A stretch of 63,939 nucleotides of DNA, filler included, from Choristocarpus tenellus KU-1152 (GCA_964200185.2; 13 parts of 13 records of this genome joined end to end with filler, not necessarily neighbours in it); one strand, 5' to 3'. Shown: positions 25,107 through 38,173, counted from the whole stretch's first letter. The notes: generated from the sequence alone by a model not told the origin. Program-made: numbers and translations.

Positions 25107-28100
25107 ATGTCCAGCATTCCCTCAACAACAATCCACCTGCCCGCCGATGGCGCTGCCCACAGATCAAGAACGTGGGACAGCAATCTGAAGGGCATGTCAT
25201 CGCTCCTACAAGATCACTACCTGGGTACGTATCGGATGAAACTGGGCAACATCAGATGCACGGAGATGGTGCGTCCACTGAGCGAGCATGACCTTGCGTG
25301 CGTCAGCAAGTCCATCCATGAGAATGGCTGGCTGGAGCAGTTTGCTCCGTCTATCGTTATCCAGCGAGACTGTTTAGGTAATGGGGACCAGCTCACTGCC
25401 GAAACTGCGTTTGCCATTGAAGGACGTACACTGGACGGAAACCATAGAATAACGGTGCTGAAGAGAGAGTTTGATCCCGAACGCGCTTTCATTATGCGGG
25501 TCTACATGGAGTTCAACCAAGCAGAAGAGAGGCTAATTGCAAACGGTGGGTGATGGAGTGTTTTCGTTGTTCCATGATCGCCTGATGACTCTTCTGATGT
25601 ACAAAGTTGTTGCCGAATTTCCTTACCTTGGCTAATCGTCAGTCAGTCCATTGAGGATCTTTTCGTTGTTGATCTTTTTTTTTATCCCTCGTGGTATTTC
25701 TGTCCGCAGCAGCATGTTGCTCAGTACTGCATGCCAGGTGTGTCCCGCGACCGCTCCCCACCTAACCCTTGTCCCATTCGCCCACTGGACCGCCATGCTT
25801 ATAGCATTCAACGACGCGACCGAGAGTGTGGTTGAGCGCACACTGTACGATAAGATATATTTTCAGCACGAGCTCCAAGAATCTATCAAGCGATAGACGA
25901 AGAAAAAAGAAGTGTCACTAGTAGAGATCCGCAACATGTACAAAAAGGTGAGGGAGTTGTCAATGTTAGTGGGATGGTGGCGCTCTACTCCTCCTCTAGT
26001 TGGGATACAGCTGTTGTGAAATCCCTCTGTGTCCTCCTATTCAACCTAAGTTGAGATGGTTATCCCGCGTTTAGGAACCCTGCCAACCAACTTATTGATT
26101 TACGGGTGACCATGTAGTATGTATGTGTGGTTAACCATAGACGAACAATAAATATATCCTTGTTTGTTTTATCATTAGGCCAGACCACTGAATAACACCC
26201 CCCCCACACTCATACATATCCCGTTGGCACGGTAATAATTATGCCTCATCCTGGATGACTGGGTGCATGATATTTTTCTTTTCTGCCCATCGCGAAGGTG
26301 GGCGTTACTCCCCCGCCGAAATCAACTGTACGAAACTGACAGAAAGGCGTAAAGTCCCTTAAACCAGAGTCCTTCGAGGTACTGAAGGAAGTGTGTGACA
26401 CCTCGGCACCACAGGTCGACCGCTACGCAGTCACAATGACCTATCTCAGTCGCGACGAGTTTGCCGGCTTCACTTCTCTCAAGCAGGGGCTATGCATCCA
26501 TCTGCTTGCTAGGCAAGTCAAACCGCCACTGTGTTTTATCGTGTAGACAGCAGTAAGCGCAATGAATGCAGGTCGCAGCACATTGCACATTGACGTGAAA
26601 TAAATGTCTCCTACGATGAAGAATGTTGTTGACCATTGTTGTGTTGAACGAAGAACCCTTCGTTGAATTGTGTAGATTCTACGAACAGTGTGTGTTTCCT
26701 GTGTATGCGTGCTGTTGTCTTTAATGAACTACGACAATCCATCCATGAATACTTAATGCATGGGCGACCCATTCGTCATCACTACCTATGCATCGTTCTC
26801 GTTGACGTCATTCATGGCCATTCTCTTTTTGCAGATACAAGTCGTTCAACGGCAAGGTTCCTACGGCAAGGGACTACAAGGAGATCGAATCGGACGCGCA
26901 CATATCTGAGATGGTTGTCTTGCGCACGAGGCAGATTGTGCCCAAGGAGAAGTGAACACCAGAGCTCCAAAGGTTGGTAAATGGTTAAAGTTACAGCGGT
27001 TATTTTCCTTTTTCCTTTTCCGTATCTCCTGTGCACCCATACGTGGCCATGCGCCCCTCAATTGTAAAATATACTGTCAGCATATTTTTTCTTGGACGTT
27101 ACACGAATGATGCACGGGCTGCCAGGGAAATGAACAAGCTCGCATATGAGAAGGGCAATATGTACGACCTCTGGGTCAAGCCCTACCATGAGGAGAGGAA
27201 GAGGGAGGTGGCCCAACTTCTGCGGAAGGTTTCATCTGGCGACCAACAAGCGGGGCCCGTCCGGCAGCTGAGGGCAAACATCGCAACGGTAGTCGGAATG
27301 AAACCTCTGCAACGGGTCAGAGCCGTGAGTGCGCCTCCTGTGTTGGTAATTTCAGCTGAAATGGCTTGTACAAAAACAATTAGTTGACGCTTGGTAGGAT
27401 TGGTAGTGGGTCTTCGTCATCATCATGAGCGACAGAGTTGCCTTCCCTACAACAAACGAAGCTGTTTTGTCAGTTCTAGTCTTTCGTTGCTAATAGCGGA
27501 AATAGTCAATCGTTTCCTTCTACTCTAGACAACAATCTTCGTCAACCTCCACCTCGTTTCTGCCTCCAACACGTGTCACTGTCGTAACCTACCGACAGAC
27601 TGTCATCCTCGACATTGACTTCTTTCAAACTATTTCGCCCCACAAGCCGCCTCCATTAAACACGTTCACCACATAAACCGATAGGTTTGCTCCGTTCAGT
27701 TGACATGCTATCGTAATTCCATTACACTCTCCCATTTTTAACGTCACCATCGTCCCCTCCTCTCCTCAACAACGTCCTCCGCCGTGTCCATCACCAGATT
27801 CTCGAGAAGGATTCGACTCTACGTGTTTACCTCACCACCTGGGATGGGAAATACGATGATGTCCTCAACCAGGTCAACCTCCACCAGGTTCACAGCGGGC
27901 AGGGCGGAGATGGCAGCGGCGCGGACGTCGAGAGCAACAACGGATCGGCATCAGATGGCCGTGAGAAAGAAGACGAGGGAGGGTGCGAACACAGAGGAGG
28001 GGATGGAAACGAGGGAGGGGACGAACACAAAGGAGGGGACGGACTGCCAGACAGGGAGGATACGGGCGAAGGGGATTCTGTCGGCAGCGTTCCTGGTGCG

Positions 28101-29570
28101 GAAGAAGAACAAAACGGCCGTGGAGGGTGGAACGCGAGTGTTTGATTTAGTGAATGCAATCCTCCACCTACGTCTCGGTGAGAAATGTAGTTGTAACGAT
28201 GCCCACGGGGATGGTGGATAATTAATGGCGTAAGATTGGTTTCCTTCCAATCCCCCGAACGGCTTACTAAGTTGTCTCTTTTCAGCGGTGCACGCCATTA
28301 AACCGGTGGAACTTGCGGGGTCCCTCTGTGTGTGGCGCTGCGGTCGCTACCCCCACGTATCTTTATTTGCAACAGTCCGATTGTGTGTTAATGCATATAC
28401 ATCACCGACTGTTGTATCTCACCTGTACTACCTCGTACTGTTTTTCGACACCAATTTCGTGGTACTTCATAAACGTGGATCCCCGCGTTGCGTTGTTGCG
28501 CCCAATTAATGATTTGGAAAAATACTATCCTGCATCTTTAATGCTCTCGTTCGATGACACGTGCGACAGGTATTCATGCCCAAAGTGCTCCATCACGCAT
28601 ATGGGCGAATGCGCCTTCGTGGAGATTGTAGGCGACGAGAGGCACAAGGATCGATTATGTATCAATTGCCCCATGGCACAGGAGGGCAGCGAAGGGTCTG
28701 GATCGGTGGGGAAGGAAGGGGCGGGTCGGGCCAAGGGCAAGGACAAGGGTAAGGGTCACGCAAGGAGCACAAGTGGGTCACCCACAAGACAAAGCCTTTT
28801 ACGTCCCCCCTCACGCAGCTAAACGGCGGACATGAAGAAGTGCATGTAGGTCTCGGCATGGTTGAACATTATATGGACATACAAGTCGTCTCTGCGTGTT
28901 CGGTTTCGCATTGGTTTGCACGTGGGTCTTGGCTGCTTGTATATCATGTGGATTGCTTGTCCTTTGTGCATTGGATGTGTCGTTTTTTTGGAGGTTTCCA
29001 TGGACCATGGAACTTAGTGTTTTGACGTCTACACTCCTTGCACGAGATGTATCTGATGGGTCTGGCGTTGTGGAGGGTGCGGCTTGACTTTTTGGAGATG
29101 CTGTCGAAATGTTGTCAGGACCTCACTTAATGATACGATTGCCTGCACTGTTGCTTACGACGTTGTCCTTCTTGTCGTGCTGTCTGTATACCGTGTCGTG
29201 TGTCATGATGTCCAACAGGACTGAGAACACTGCACTACACGACCTTTGCCCTCTCGACTCTGCGATACCCTTAGACGGCCTGAAAGAGTTCGCGTTCCTA
29301 AACGCGCCAAAGCTCGCCATAGTGTCCATTGCCGCCGAGCCAAGACTCCTCAACGACGAAGAGGCGACCAATGAACACTTGCGCCAGGTGGTTAAGTACT
29401 TGCAGGTGAAGATACATCTTCAGGGCACCATCGCGCTATTTTTTCTACAGTCGTGGGCCACGCAGTTACACCGCCTACACGGTGAGTTCGGGAGTTCGCC
29501 AGCGCTGAAATAAGGAGTATATTGCTGGAGACTATTGCAATCCGCCATGGCCATTATCAGTCCGCCCGTG
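25107..29570 (+). pseudogene. Multi-exon ParB/Srx-domain + HTH + PHD-like (+ possible MTase-like) gene with in-frame stops; exons 25107-25545, 25805-25947, 26298-26512, 26835-26972, 27081-27324, 27798-~28130, ~28286-28850, ~29219-29570
   Basis: VRPLSEHDLACVSKSIHENGWLEQFAPSIVI...TLDGNHRITVLK...EERLIANAFND (ParB-N pattern); LVEIRNMYKKVGVTPPPKSTVRN* (HTH-like); CPKCSITHMGEC...LCINC (PHD-like). First six exons join in phase. Stops at 25894, 26337, 26953, 28820, 29511. 3' exon boundaries uncertain. Confidence 0.65.
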
Positions 29571-30203
29571 TGCCCATCGAATAATGTGCGGCCGTTCAGG
29601 AGATGCGGATGATGTTGTGTGTCTTTCTTTTTCACTTTCCCCATATTGTTTCATGTTCTTCGTACCTTGTATTTCCTTTTGTGTCTCTTGCTCTTTCCCC
29701 CGGGTCGTTCGTAGTTCGTTGTTTCTTGTACGCGAATCGCATGCTGGTGTAAGTTGTCTTCACTACATGGTTTTTGCCATCTTTCCTTCTATTACAGAAT
29801 TTCCTATAGTTCGCATTTTCTTTCCATTTGTTATTTGCCTTGCGTTCCACAATCATGGTACTATTATAAAGTTAGTGGTATGAGATTTCATGAATCGCTA
29901 CGAAAACTACTTGTGTGATGTCACTGTCGAGTTTGACGCATGCCGGACCCACGCGCTCGCTCCCGCCTTTTCTTCATTCAGGACCTCTTATGGCATCGAA
30001 GGCAGGCTTGGTTTTGGAGGATCATCCCCTGCTTATAGTATACAAGACGAGGGGGGGGGGCGCCCTCTCGCAGGCACTGATAACCATCTCAGATGTTGCC
30101 AGGNNNNNNNNNNNNNNNNNNNNNNNNNNNNNNNNNNNNNNNNNNNNTTAATTAATTAANNNNNNNNNNNNNNNNNNNNNNNNNNNNNNNNNNNNNNNNN
30201 NNN

Positions 30204-30378
30204 GTGTTAGTTAGGAAGTGTCAATATCCTTGTTCCGGACACACCTTTTCGTAACATACACATTTTACCTACTCTGAAATATTTTGGAGTAGGAAAATGT
30301 CATTAAAAAAAAACATGGTAAGCCAAGCCAAAAACGGGCAAACAGGGAAAACTTGTACACTCTAAGATACTTCCACTC
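30204..30378 (+). mobile_element. MITE family B, right part (contig edge)
   Basis: Matches 5500-5664; ends CTCTAAGATACTTCCACTC. Confidence 0.85.
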
Positions 30379-31479
30379 AAGTGCTAAGTGTGACTTGAGA
30401 ATGTTGATTTCTATATATTGTTTGAAACTTTTCGACAGAATTCAGAAAAAAAAGGCGAAAATTTGCAAATATTTGTCACCATCCCCTTCAATTGCAACAA
30501 CACTGGGAACCTCTCATTTACTTTGTCTCAAACGTGTAAACGACATGATCAAAATCAACACAAAAAAAAGTCGACGAACAATGTGCACACACCTTCCCTT
30601 CCTCACAATTTTGATGCGGTGATTGGTAATATCGCTCATGACTACAACAACATTCCAGGTGGATCAACCCTTGATACGATGAGAGGTGACGTTACGGTCA
30701 TTACATCATGTCGAGGGGATCATGCCATTCAAAGACAAAAAACAAATGTGAATCAACTGAAATCTCCATCAATTACCCAGTTGTGAACTTGAATATCTTT
30801 CTTTTGTCAAGGATAATTATTAGGTGATGGTCAATAAATTTATTTATTTCATGAAAAAGAGATACAGCATATCTAACTGACAGCTACCTCTAGCACACAT
30901 GAGTGCTATTATTGTCCCCAACTGATTTGGCGGTCTCTTCACCACTGCATGTGTCTATTCATTGTGCAGATCGAGGAGGGTTAGATAAAAATAACATTGC
31001 GTTGTAAGATATCTCTAAACATGTGGAAAGCAGGGCTATAATCATACTGCTATTGCCGTATGCCATATAGCACTTTACCGATTGAGGTCCTTCATTTTAT
31101 TATTTTGCCCTTTATCGGGAACCCTGGATTCCAGTCAAGGATATTTTGTGAGATTGAAGAGTGGAGTCTGTCCAAGGCACCAATCCCACAAGTAGGCCTA
31201 TCTGCTCAATCAGAGAGATGCCAAAAACCAAATATTATATTTGTTGTCACATCTTGACATTTCTGATGATGATCATCGTCTCATACATGAGATCCTCCCC
31301 ACTACCGTTCTCTGCAGTTCTCTGCAGTTCTCTGCAGTTCTTGAACTCATCTAATCTTAACCTCATCCTCTCGACTACGTTTCATCTTCGTCCATCTGGT
31401 CCATCTTGCTTGGTGATTATCTCTACCACCCTTTCCTGAGCGAACCAACCCACCACAGCATCATACTTCTTCCGTTCGG

Positions 31480-32300
31480 AATTAAATGTAACATAAATTT
31501 TGCAAGTTCCATTTTCTTGGACAGACGCAACCCACGTGACAAATCCTCTGGACGAGGTTAGTTCTCGTATAGATTGGGAGGTGTGCAAAGTTTGAGATGG
31601 CGGGCTGTCATCATTGTGGAGGATCACCAGCGCTAGGACAAAGACTCTCCGTCGTTCGAGCAGCTCACTCATCCCATCGTCGCCCATCAGTCCCAATTCT
31701 TCGACCCAGAAGTCTGTCCGGGGTCAGGACTCCAACACCTCGACGAAGAACAGCGTAATGGCGCGATACCTGGAGGTGAGAGGGTGCCAGACTCAGTTGC
31801 CTCGGGGGACGGCAGTGGCCAGCACGGAGGACTTCGGAATTTCCGGAATAACCGTGTTCTATCATCTGAAGGAGTATGACAGCCAGATCGCTCGGGATGA
31901 ATGCATGGAATTTGTGCAACGTCCCAAGGGGTGATGTGGCCGCTACAAAAGTATCCTCGGTGTTTGGGATGTGGCTCAAAGTATCTGGGGGGGGAGGTGG
32001 AAAAGAGGAGGGGGGGGGGGGGGGGGGGGGTCTACACCAGCGTGTCCATTTGGGCCCTGACCAGGAAAAGTGCACTTACATTATCCATTCGACGCATGCA
32101 ACCAAATAACCTAAAAAACGCGACATGGAAAAATGGGCCCCAAATGGATAGCTGTTTCGTCATCAACCACACGCACATGAGGGGGGGAATTGGGGATCTA
32201 AATGATTGGGTGCATGTGGATGAGAAGTGGTTTTACATCCTCCGAGATGGGCAAGATGTGTGTACCTGCACCCCACTGAGCACCCCCCCAAACTCCCATG
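31480..32300 (+). mobile_element. Mariner-type transposase relic (5' half), interrupted by a MITE A fragment at 31973-~32155
   Basis: STEDFGISGITVFYHLKEYDSQ (HTH region) and DLNDWVHVDEKWFYI (first catalytic D); nucleotide similarity to 49300-50300. Confidence 0.85.
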
Positions 32301-32526
32301 AGTTGTGCTATAGATGGTGCTACGGAGTACGAGATGCTTCTGCGTCAACATTATCTTAGCAAGGTTTCTGTCTATGGCTCTTATGTCCGAGCAACGCAAA
32401 GAGGGGATGAAGAAGGATCGTGGCATGGCAATAAAGGCATTAGAGAAATAATGGCAGGATGCACTAATCGAGATGAAATCTAGGTTGCCACCGGACCAAT
32501 AAAAGCATGCGTATGAGGACACATAG

Positions 32527-32784
32527 GAGTGAAAGTGTCTTAGAGGGCACGAGTTTTGCCTGTTTGTCCATTTGGGGCTTGGCTTCCCATTGGTTCTCTT
32601 ATGACATTTTCCTACTCCAAAATGTTTCGGAGTGGGGAAAGTGTGTATGTGATGAAACGGTGTGTCCAGAACATGGATATTGACACTTTCTAATGAACAT
32701 GATAGCCGAAATTACATCAAAATCGCAACATTGGATTTTGGCCCCCAAATGGGTGCGACTCTACCCTCTAAGATAACTTGGCTC
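32527..32784 (-). mobile_element. MITE family B
   Basis: GAGTGAAAGTGTCTTAGAGGG...CCCTCTAAGATAACTTGGCTC; 4-bp TSD ATAG/ATAG. Confidence 0.9.
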
Positions 32785-32968
32785 ATAGACACAAACTCTT
32801 CAGGAAGATATTAAAATCAAGATACCAAATGTATTAGTCCGTTGATTTAGAGAACGTCCGACCTCTCCAGCTGAACATGTCTGTCGAGGCATGTGTCTGA
32901 TTGGCGAAGTAGAGAGTGACTTACAAGCAGGAACTGGCCTAGATAGCTCCTCAGAGCCATGTCTCTCG

Positions 32969-33660
32969 TCAGTATGGCAGCAGAGTGAGGCTTGTCCAGA
33001 ACCAGGCACGTGTAGGAGCATCTTGGTCTATACTATAGCGTTCGACAAGAAGCTGGATATTTCGCAAGTCGCCATCGTCCCATTTAACCTCGTCGGGGTA
33101 GCTGACTCGCTCATCTCCAACTTTCACCGTCTGGCGGGGCTGGCACTTGGTCACGGTCCCTCACATCCACTGATCGTCCCATCTGAAGTATAGTCCCCTG
33201 CCCTTGGCACTGGCATTGAGTGTTTCTCCCTCGTCTAAATCCGACATAGCCCTCAGTGTCGGTGCAAGGAGTATATATTTCTCTGCATCCTTCTCCATCT
33301 CCTTACACTTCTGCTGGCGGCCAACCATCGAGCGGCGGCGTTGTCTGACACGCTGGGCTGCAGCCTCGACACCGTCCCTCTTCTTCTTCTCCCGAAGTTG
33401 GTTGACACCCTCTTCGATCTCGTACTCTGTTATGTACGACCTCAGATGAGGAGGTGAAGAGTTTTCGCCATCGTCTGGAAGGTAGAGGTCTATCTCCTTA
33501 AGCAAGGGCACGTGGGTTAGTTGCCACCTTCATTTTGGGCCAGGTTGCCGATGGAACAGTTTGTGTAGTAGCACGACAGCTCGGTGTATATCAATGTACA
33601 GGAGTCTGTTCGATTAGACTCTTGCAACTCTATCGGACAGTTACGGTAAAATATGTATGG
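32969..33660 (-). pseudogene. Decayed ORF, probably a transposase C-terminus (hAT-like) with a Tudor-like tail
   Basis: One frame with stops: NRLLYIDIHRAVVLL...charged helix...GLYFRWDDQWM*GTVTK...EVKWDDGDLRNI. Confidence 0.35.
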
Positions 33661-34306
33661 AGTAATNNNNNNNNNNNNNNNNNNNNNNNNNNNNNNNNNN
33701 NNNNNNNNNNTTAATTAATTAANNNNNNNNNNNNNNNNNNNNNNNNNNNNNNNNNNNNNNNNNNNNCATCTAAGACATCCACCTCAAACCCAATAATGAT
33801 CATCACCCTGAGAAACAGCAGGGGGGGGGGGGGAGGAAGAAGACGGCCCGGGGTATAAATGCATGGCACCAAAATACAGTAGTAGAAGTAAGGGATATGG
33901 ATGGCAGTGGACAAGCCTTGTGTCCCACCATTATTTGTTTCTTGCTTTGTTCATAGTACTAATAATAATATGTCCAATCAAGTCAAAATAATGCCAATGC
34001 TCCATACTATGAATCATAACCCCAGAACTTGTGCTCTTACTCCTACATCAGTGGGCTATAAATAATGCTTGCGCAAGGGGGTATGTCATACCAAGCGCAC
34101 ACTTCACATGTTCTGCTGTCCCACACTGCAAACGCCTCCACCAAACTCAAAGAAAACCTTTTTTTCCAAGCGATTCATCCTCTACCATCAAGGAAAAAAA
34201 ATATCAATTTCTAAAGCCTTTGTTCCACGCCCCTTTTGCCTCTTCTTTTTGATAATTGAATAGCAAGAAATGTTGAATAGGGTGAGGGCGAGGGTGCAAC
34301 ACTGAC

Positions 34307-36930
34307 CAAAAGCTCGTTGCACCTAAGGCATATCCCACTGAGGTGGCAGTAGCAGCAATCTGATGAGTCTTGGTTTCTCTGGACATGTCCAGATCACGTT
34401 TGCTCCATCTTGCCAGCATAACCTAACCGTGCCAAGAAAGAGAGAGAGGGAGAGATGGATTAGAAGTTTGTGCATTTGTTGAGGGCGTGGGGTGGGGTGA
34501 AGTTACTGGTTATTATCCGGGAATTGATCATAATTCCTCCTTCAAAAAAACAAGCCCTTTCAAAAAAGAAGGGTACATCAACTGCATTTGAACAGTAGGG
34601 TTTCTTTATCACAACAGTTGTACTTGCATGGACTCAAGGCATGAGTTGTCCACAGTCTAGACCAACACCGGAAATATCTAATCCCTGCCATTACAGTTGC
34701 TAAAAAAATGAAAAATAATTTGGACACAGGAATAGGCCTGAGAAAGATGCTCCTCCCTGCCCACCCAACCCAAGCATCCCATCAAACCTTCGAGTTAGAG
34801 ACGTGACATTTAATTTTTGATACCTGTACTTTTCATTCATGCACACCAGTCTTTATAGTGTGCACTGGGGTGTACTCATACAGGGGTTAGTAGGAGAGCA
34901 TGTAAGATAGAATGGACAAGGTACCCCAAAACATAATACTTACACATGCATTTGATTGACAATCCCACTCCACTGCCGAATTCTGGGTATCAATCATTAG
35001 ATCAAAGATATTCTTCTACAATTCAATCTATATGTTAGGGGCCTCGCAGCAACAGTCACACACACACACATGTACTTGCTTAAATATACAATGTCCTGTG
35101 TAACAAACCTTGATTAGTGAGGTTACATCAATATTATTTATTCAAGACGACTACAAGTAATTAAGCACTACAGGAGACATGAAAGCATCCATTTCCTAGG
35201 TAGAGAAGGCAACATGCTCCCGCCCCCCCCAAAATATAAAGGATGGGCGTACCTGCGGCTAGAAGCTAACAAACTGTTGATAGTGTAAATATCACCGGAA
35301 CAAGATGGGAAAAAAAATACGACTAGAGCACACACACACGCACACAACATATATACAAGAACAGAAGACGAGTCCAACAGCATTACATCTACTGGAGAGG
35401 GTGACATTCATCACTGAGGCTCACTCCAACCCGACCAGACAAAGGACAAGAGTTGAACAACTCACTTTGTGAAGCTCTTCACTCCCGACTTGGGAGCATA
35501 TCGCCAGCATATTTGTCTTGTGCCAATTCAGAACAAGCATGAGAGGCAGGGTGGGTGTAAAATACCATGCTGAGAGTGAGGTAGGAATGTAAGCAAGCAC
35601 GGGCTTCATGCAACAGGATCACATCACGTGACATCAATAGAAATAACTGCAGGATAGCAAACCATCTTTACGTCAGTATTGATATTGCAAGGGAGGTGCA
35701 CAACATATCAACAGGTGATACTCTAGCTCCTTTCATGCCACATCACTGGACATGGTACTCAGCACAAAACCAAATTTCAGAAAGTGTATCTGACCCTATT
35801 TACCACATCTTGAATCAAGCTAGCGCTGAACCAGGGGTCCTTACCTACACTATTACTGTTGCACAGTATTCATAGTTTGGCAACTTAGCAATCAACAAAA
35901 CCTCTTGTTCCAGTGCTACCTTTGCTCTGGGAATATTGATTATTCCTCACACTTGAGTTTACACACAAACTACCACTACATCAAACTTATAGCCAACACG
36001 TCATCCAACATAAAATTAGGTACCACATCGTCAGTAGCACCCAAGGTTTTAACATCGAAATCATATTCTCTCAAGATTCTATATTGGAATGAATCTGTCA
36101 ATTTTCTAGGTACTTGAATATGTCAAGGCCAAGTGGTTCAAAGTTGGAAAATTCAGCGATAGTCTAATTGATTTAGAGCCCTGGGAAATTCCCTTGAACT
36201 CACCAAAAATGCGCCAATTGGGAGACGGATGATAACCATGAGAAATACCACGACAACAGATATGTACACCGACCAGAACATGAGCGCGAAACCCGCCCCG
36301 AACGAGCGGATTACGAGATCCAGCGGGCAGTTGAAGCGGATCCGGCTCCACCACACGAAAAGAGGGACTGTAGAGAGACTGAAGGCGAAGAGGAACAGGA
36401 GCGCAGCAACCTTTCCGAGCGTGCGAAGGTGCCAGAGATGGAGAGGAAGGGTTATTGGGTGCGTATTGGGATGTGCTGGTTACGGGAGCAACCTTCTTTT
36501 TACCCGACAAATTATAGACTGAGAAATGGGGTGGGTCATGGAACGGGTACACAAGTGTGAAATTTATGGTTCAGATGTGGGGATGGTGTTGTATAAGACC
36601 AATTCCAGACTTGATGCATGATGCTAAAGTTACCTATTCGGCAGAGTAAAATATAGCAAAGTCAAATTCGTTGAAGAGGAAAAAGAAATATTCATGTCCG
36701 TGACCTAAAGTTGATAAAATGAGGAATTTCAAGAGTGGTGCAGGAAGTCGGCAACCACTTACCCAATGCAGTTTGATAAGAATAAGTATCCAAATCACGA
36801 GAACGTACACAAGGGTCGCCTTAGACCTCCTGGACAGAGCATGAAGGTGTTGTAGAGTCGTAAAAGATGTTTCCACAGCATTGTCGTTCTGGCAGGGGTC
36901 CCTCAATTGGTCGTCGAAGTCTTCCTCCAT
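34307..36930 (-). CDS. PrsW-like intramembrane glutamic protease gene, partial; supported exons ~36930-36762, ~36367-36204, 35569-35466, 34422-34307
   Basis: Hydrophobic exons; CPLDLVIRSFGAGF; SQVGSEELHK|VMLARW gives an EExxK motif across an in-phase junction; AATATSVGYALG. Some 5' junction phases unresolved. Confidence 0.45.
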
Positions 36931-37875
36931 GATTCACCAAAAACGGAGAGTCGTCTTGGATACTAAATGCTAGTGTAAATCCAGAATAGGAACACCTAAG
37001 AGCGAAGAGTAGGTAAGAGGCTGTGAGATCCCAGAACAATCAACACGAGTGAAGTCTTCGTCAACTTAGTAATGTCCAGCACATTAACACCGATATACAT
37101 ACGCGAACACTACAACGGGGCCTCTCAGCTCAACCAAAGAATCACCTCTATCTTTTACTAATAATTCTCTTAAGTTGGCAATGCCCTCTTCTGTTCCCTG
37201 AAGTGCTTTCCCTACAACCTAAGGAGTTCCTTTGACGGCGGTAAGGTGGATGGGATGTGAGGGGATTTTTCTTGTACCTATCCTCTGTATATTTCACTCT
37301 ATCTTCGATACAGACATTGTCGATATGCTTATCTCCGATATACTATAAATTATTTATGGTGACACCGAGTCAGGTCAGTTGTGTTGTAGCTCATCACATA
37401 AACACATTCGGTCGGTCTAAACACTAAATACTCAAGTACAATATATATACTACATAGTACCAAAAGAAATATAGAATACGACATATATTGATACAGTACC
37501 TACCCCGGTTTTATACCAAATATTATGTACCCAACTCATTGTGTACCGCTTTTTTCGACATACTAAAAAAAATATGCTTTTGTACCGGAATTCTCGTATT
37601 CGGGCGACTTGGTACAAATTCGGGGAAAATTCACGCGAGTTTGGCGCGTGCGCAAACATTTCTCGCGAAAAGTGCCTTTCTTCCTGAGTCATCACCACAC
37701 AGCAGTACAGTACGCTGCTGGTAGGGGTATAAAGTGGAAGCCATGCCTTGTGCCACGGGAAACCACTGCAAGATGNNNNNNNNNNNNNNNNNNNNNNNNN
37801 NNNNNNNNNNNNNNNNNNNTTAATTAATTAANNNNNNNNNNNNNNNNNNNNNNNNNNNNNNNNNNNNNNNNNNNN

Positions 37876-38173
37876 AGGGGCGGTCGATTAGGCTTGTGAT
37901 GCAGCCATCTAACTCCCCCGACCTCAATATCATGGACCTGTGCTTTTTCAGGTCTTGAAATGCCAGGTGATGAGGGAGTGGTTTGGTTCCGCTAAGGAGA
38001 TGAAGGTCACTAAGAAACAGTATGAGAAAGATGAAACCACACTTGAGAGGGCTTGGCAGCTCGTTTTTGTGGTGTACAATCAAGTACTTAGATACAAAGG
38101 GGGGAATGACTTCACTGTGGACCATACAGGGGTAAGGAAGAGGCAGTTGTCTGGTGAGCTTAAAACATGCTGA
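37876..38173 (+). mobile_element. Mariner-type transposase C-terminal fragment
   Basis: QPSNSPDLNIMDLCFFRS...GGNDFTVDHTGVRKRQ. Confidence 0.85.

Noticed and set aside
26337-26955. Selenocysteine or TGA=Trp recoding in the ParB gene
   Set aside because: The same gene has TAG and TAA stops, and other host exons use TGG for Trp
34363-34390. Hammerhead ribozyme core CTGATGAGTC...GAC
   Set aside because: No GAAA after the putative stem II; lies antisense within a coding exon
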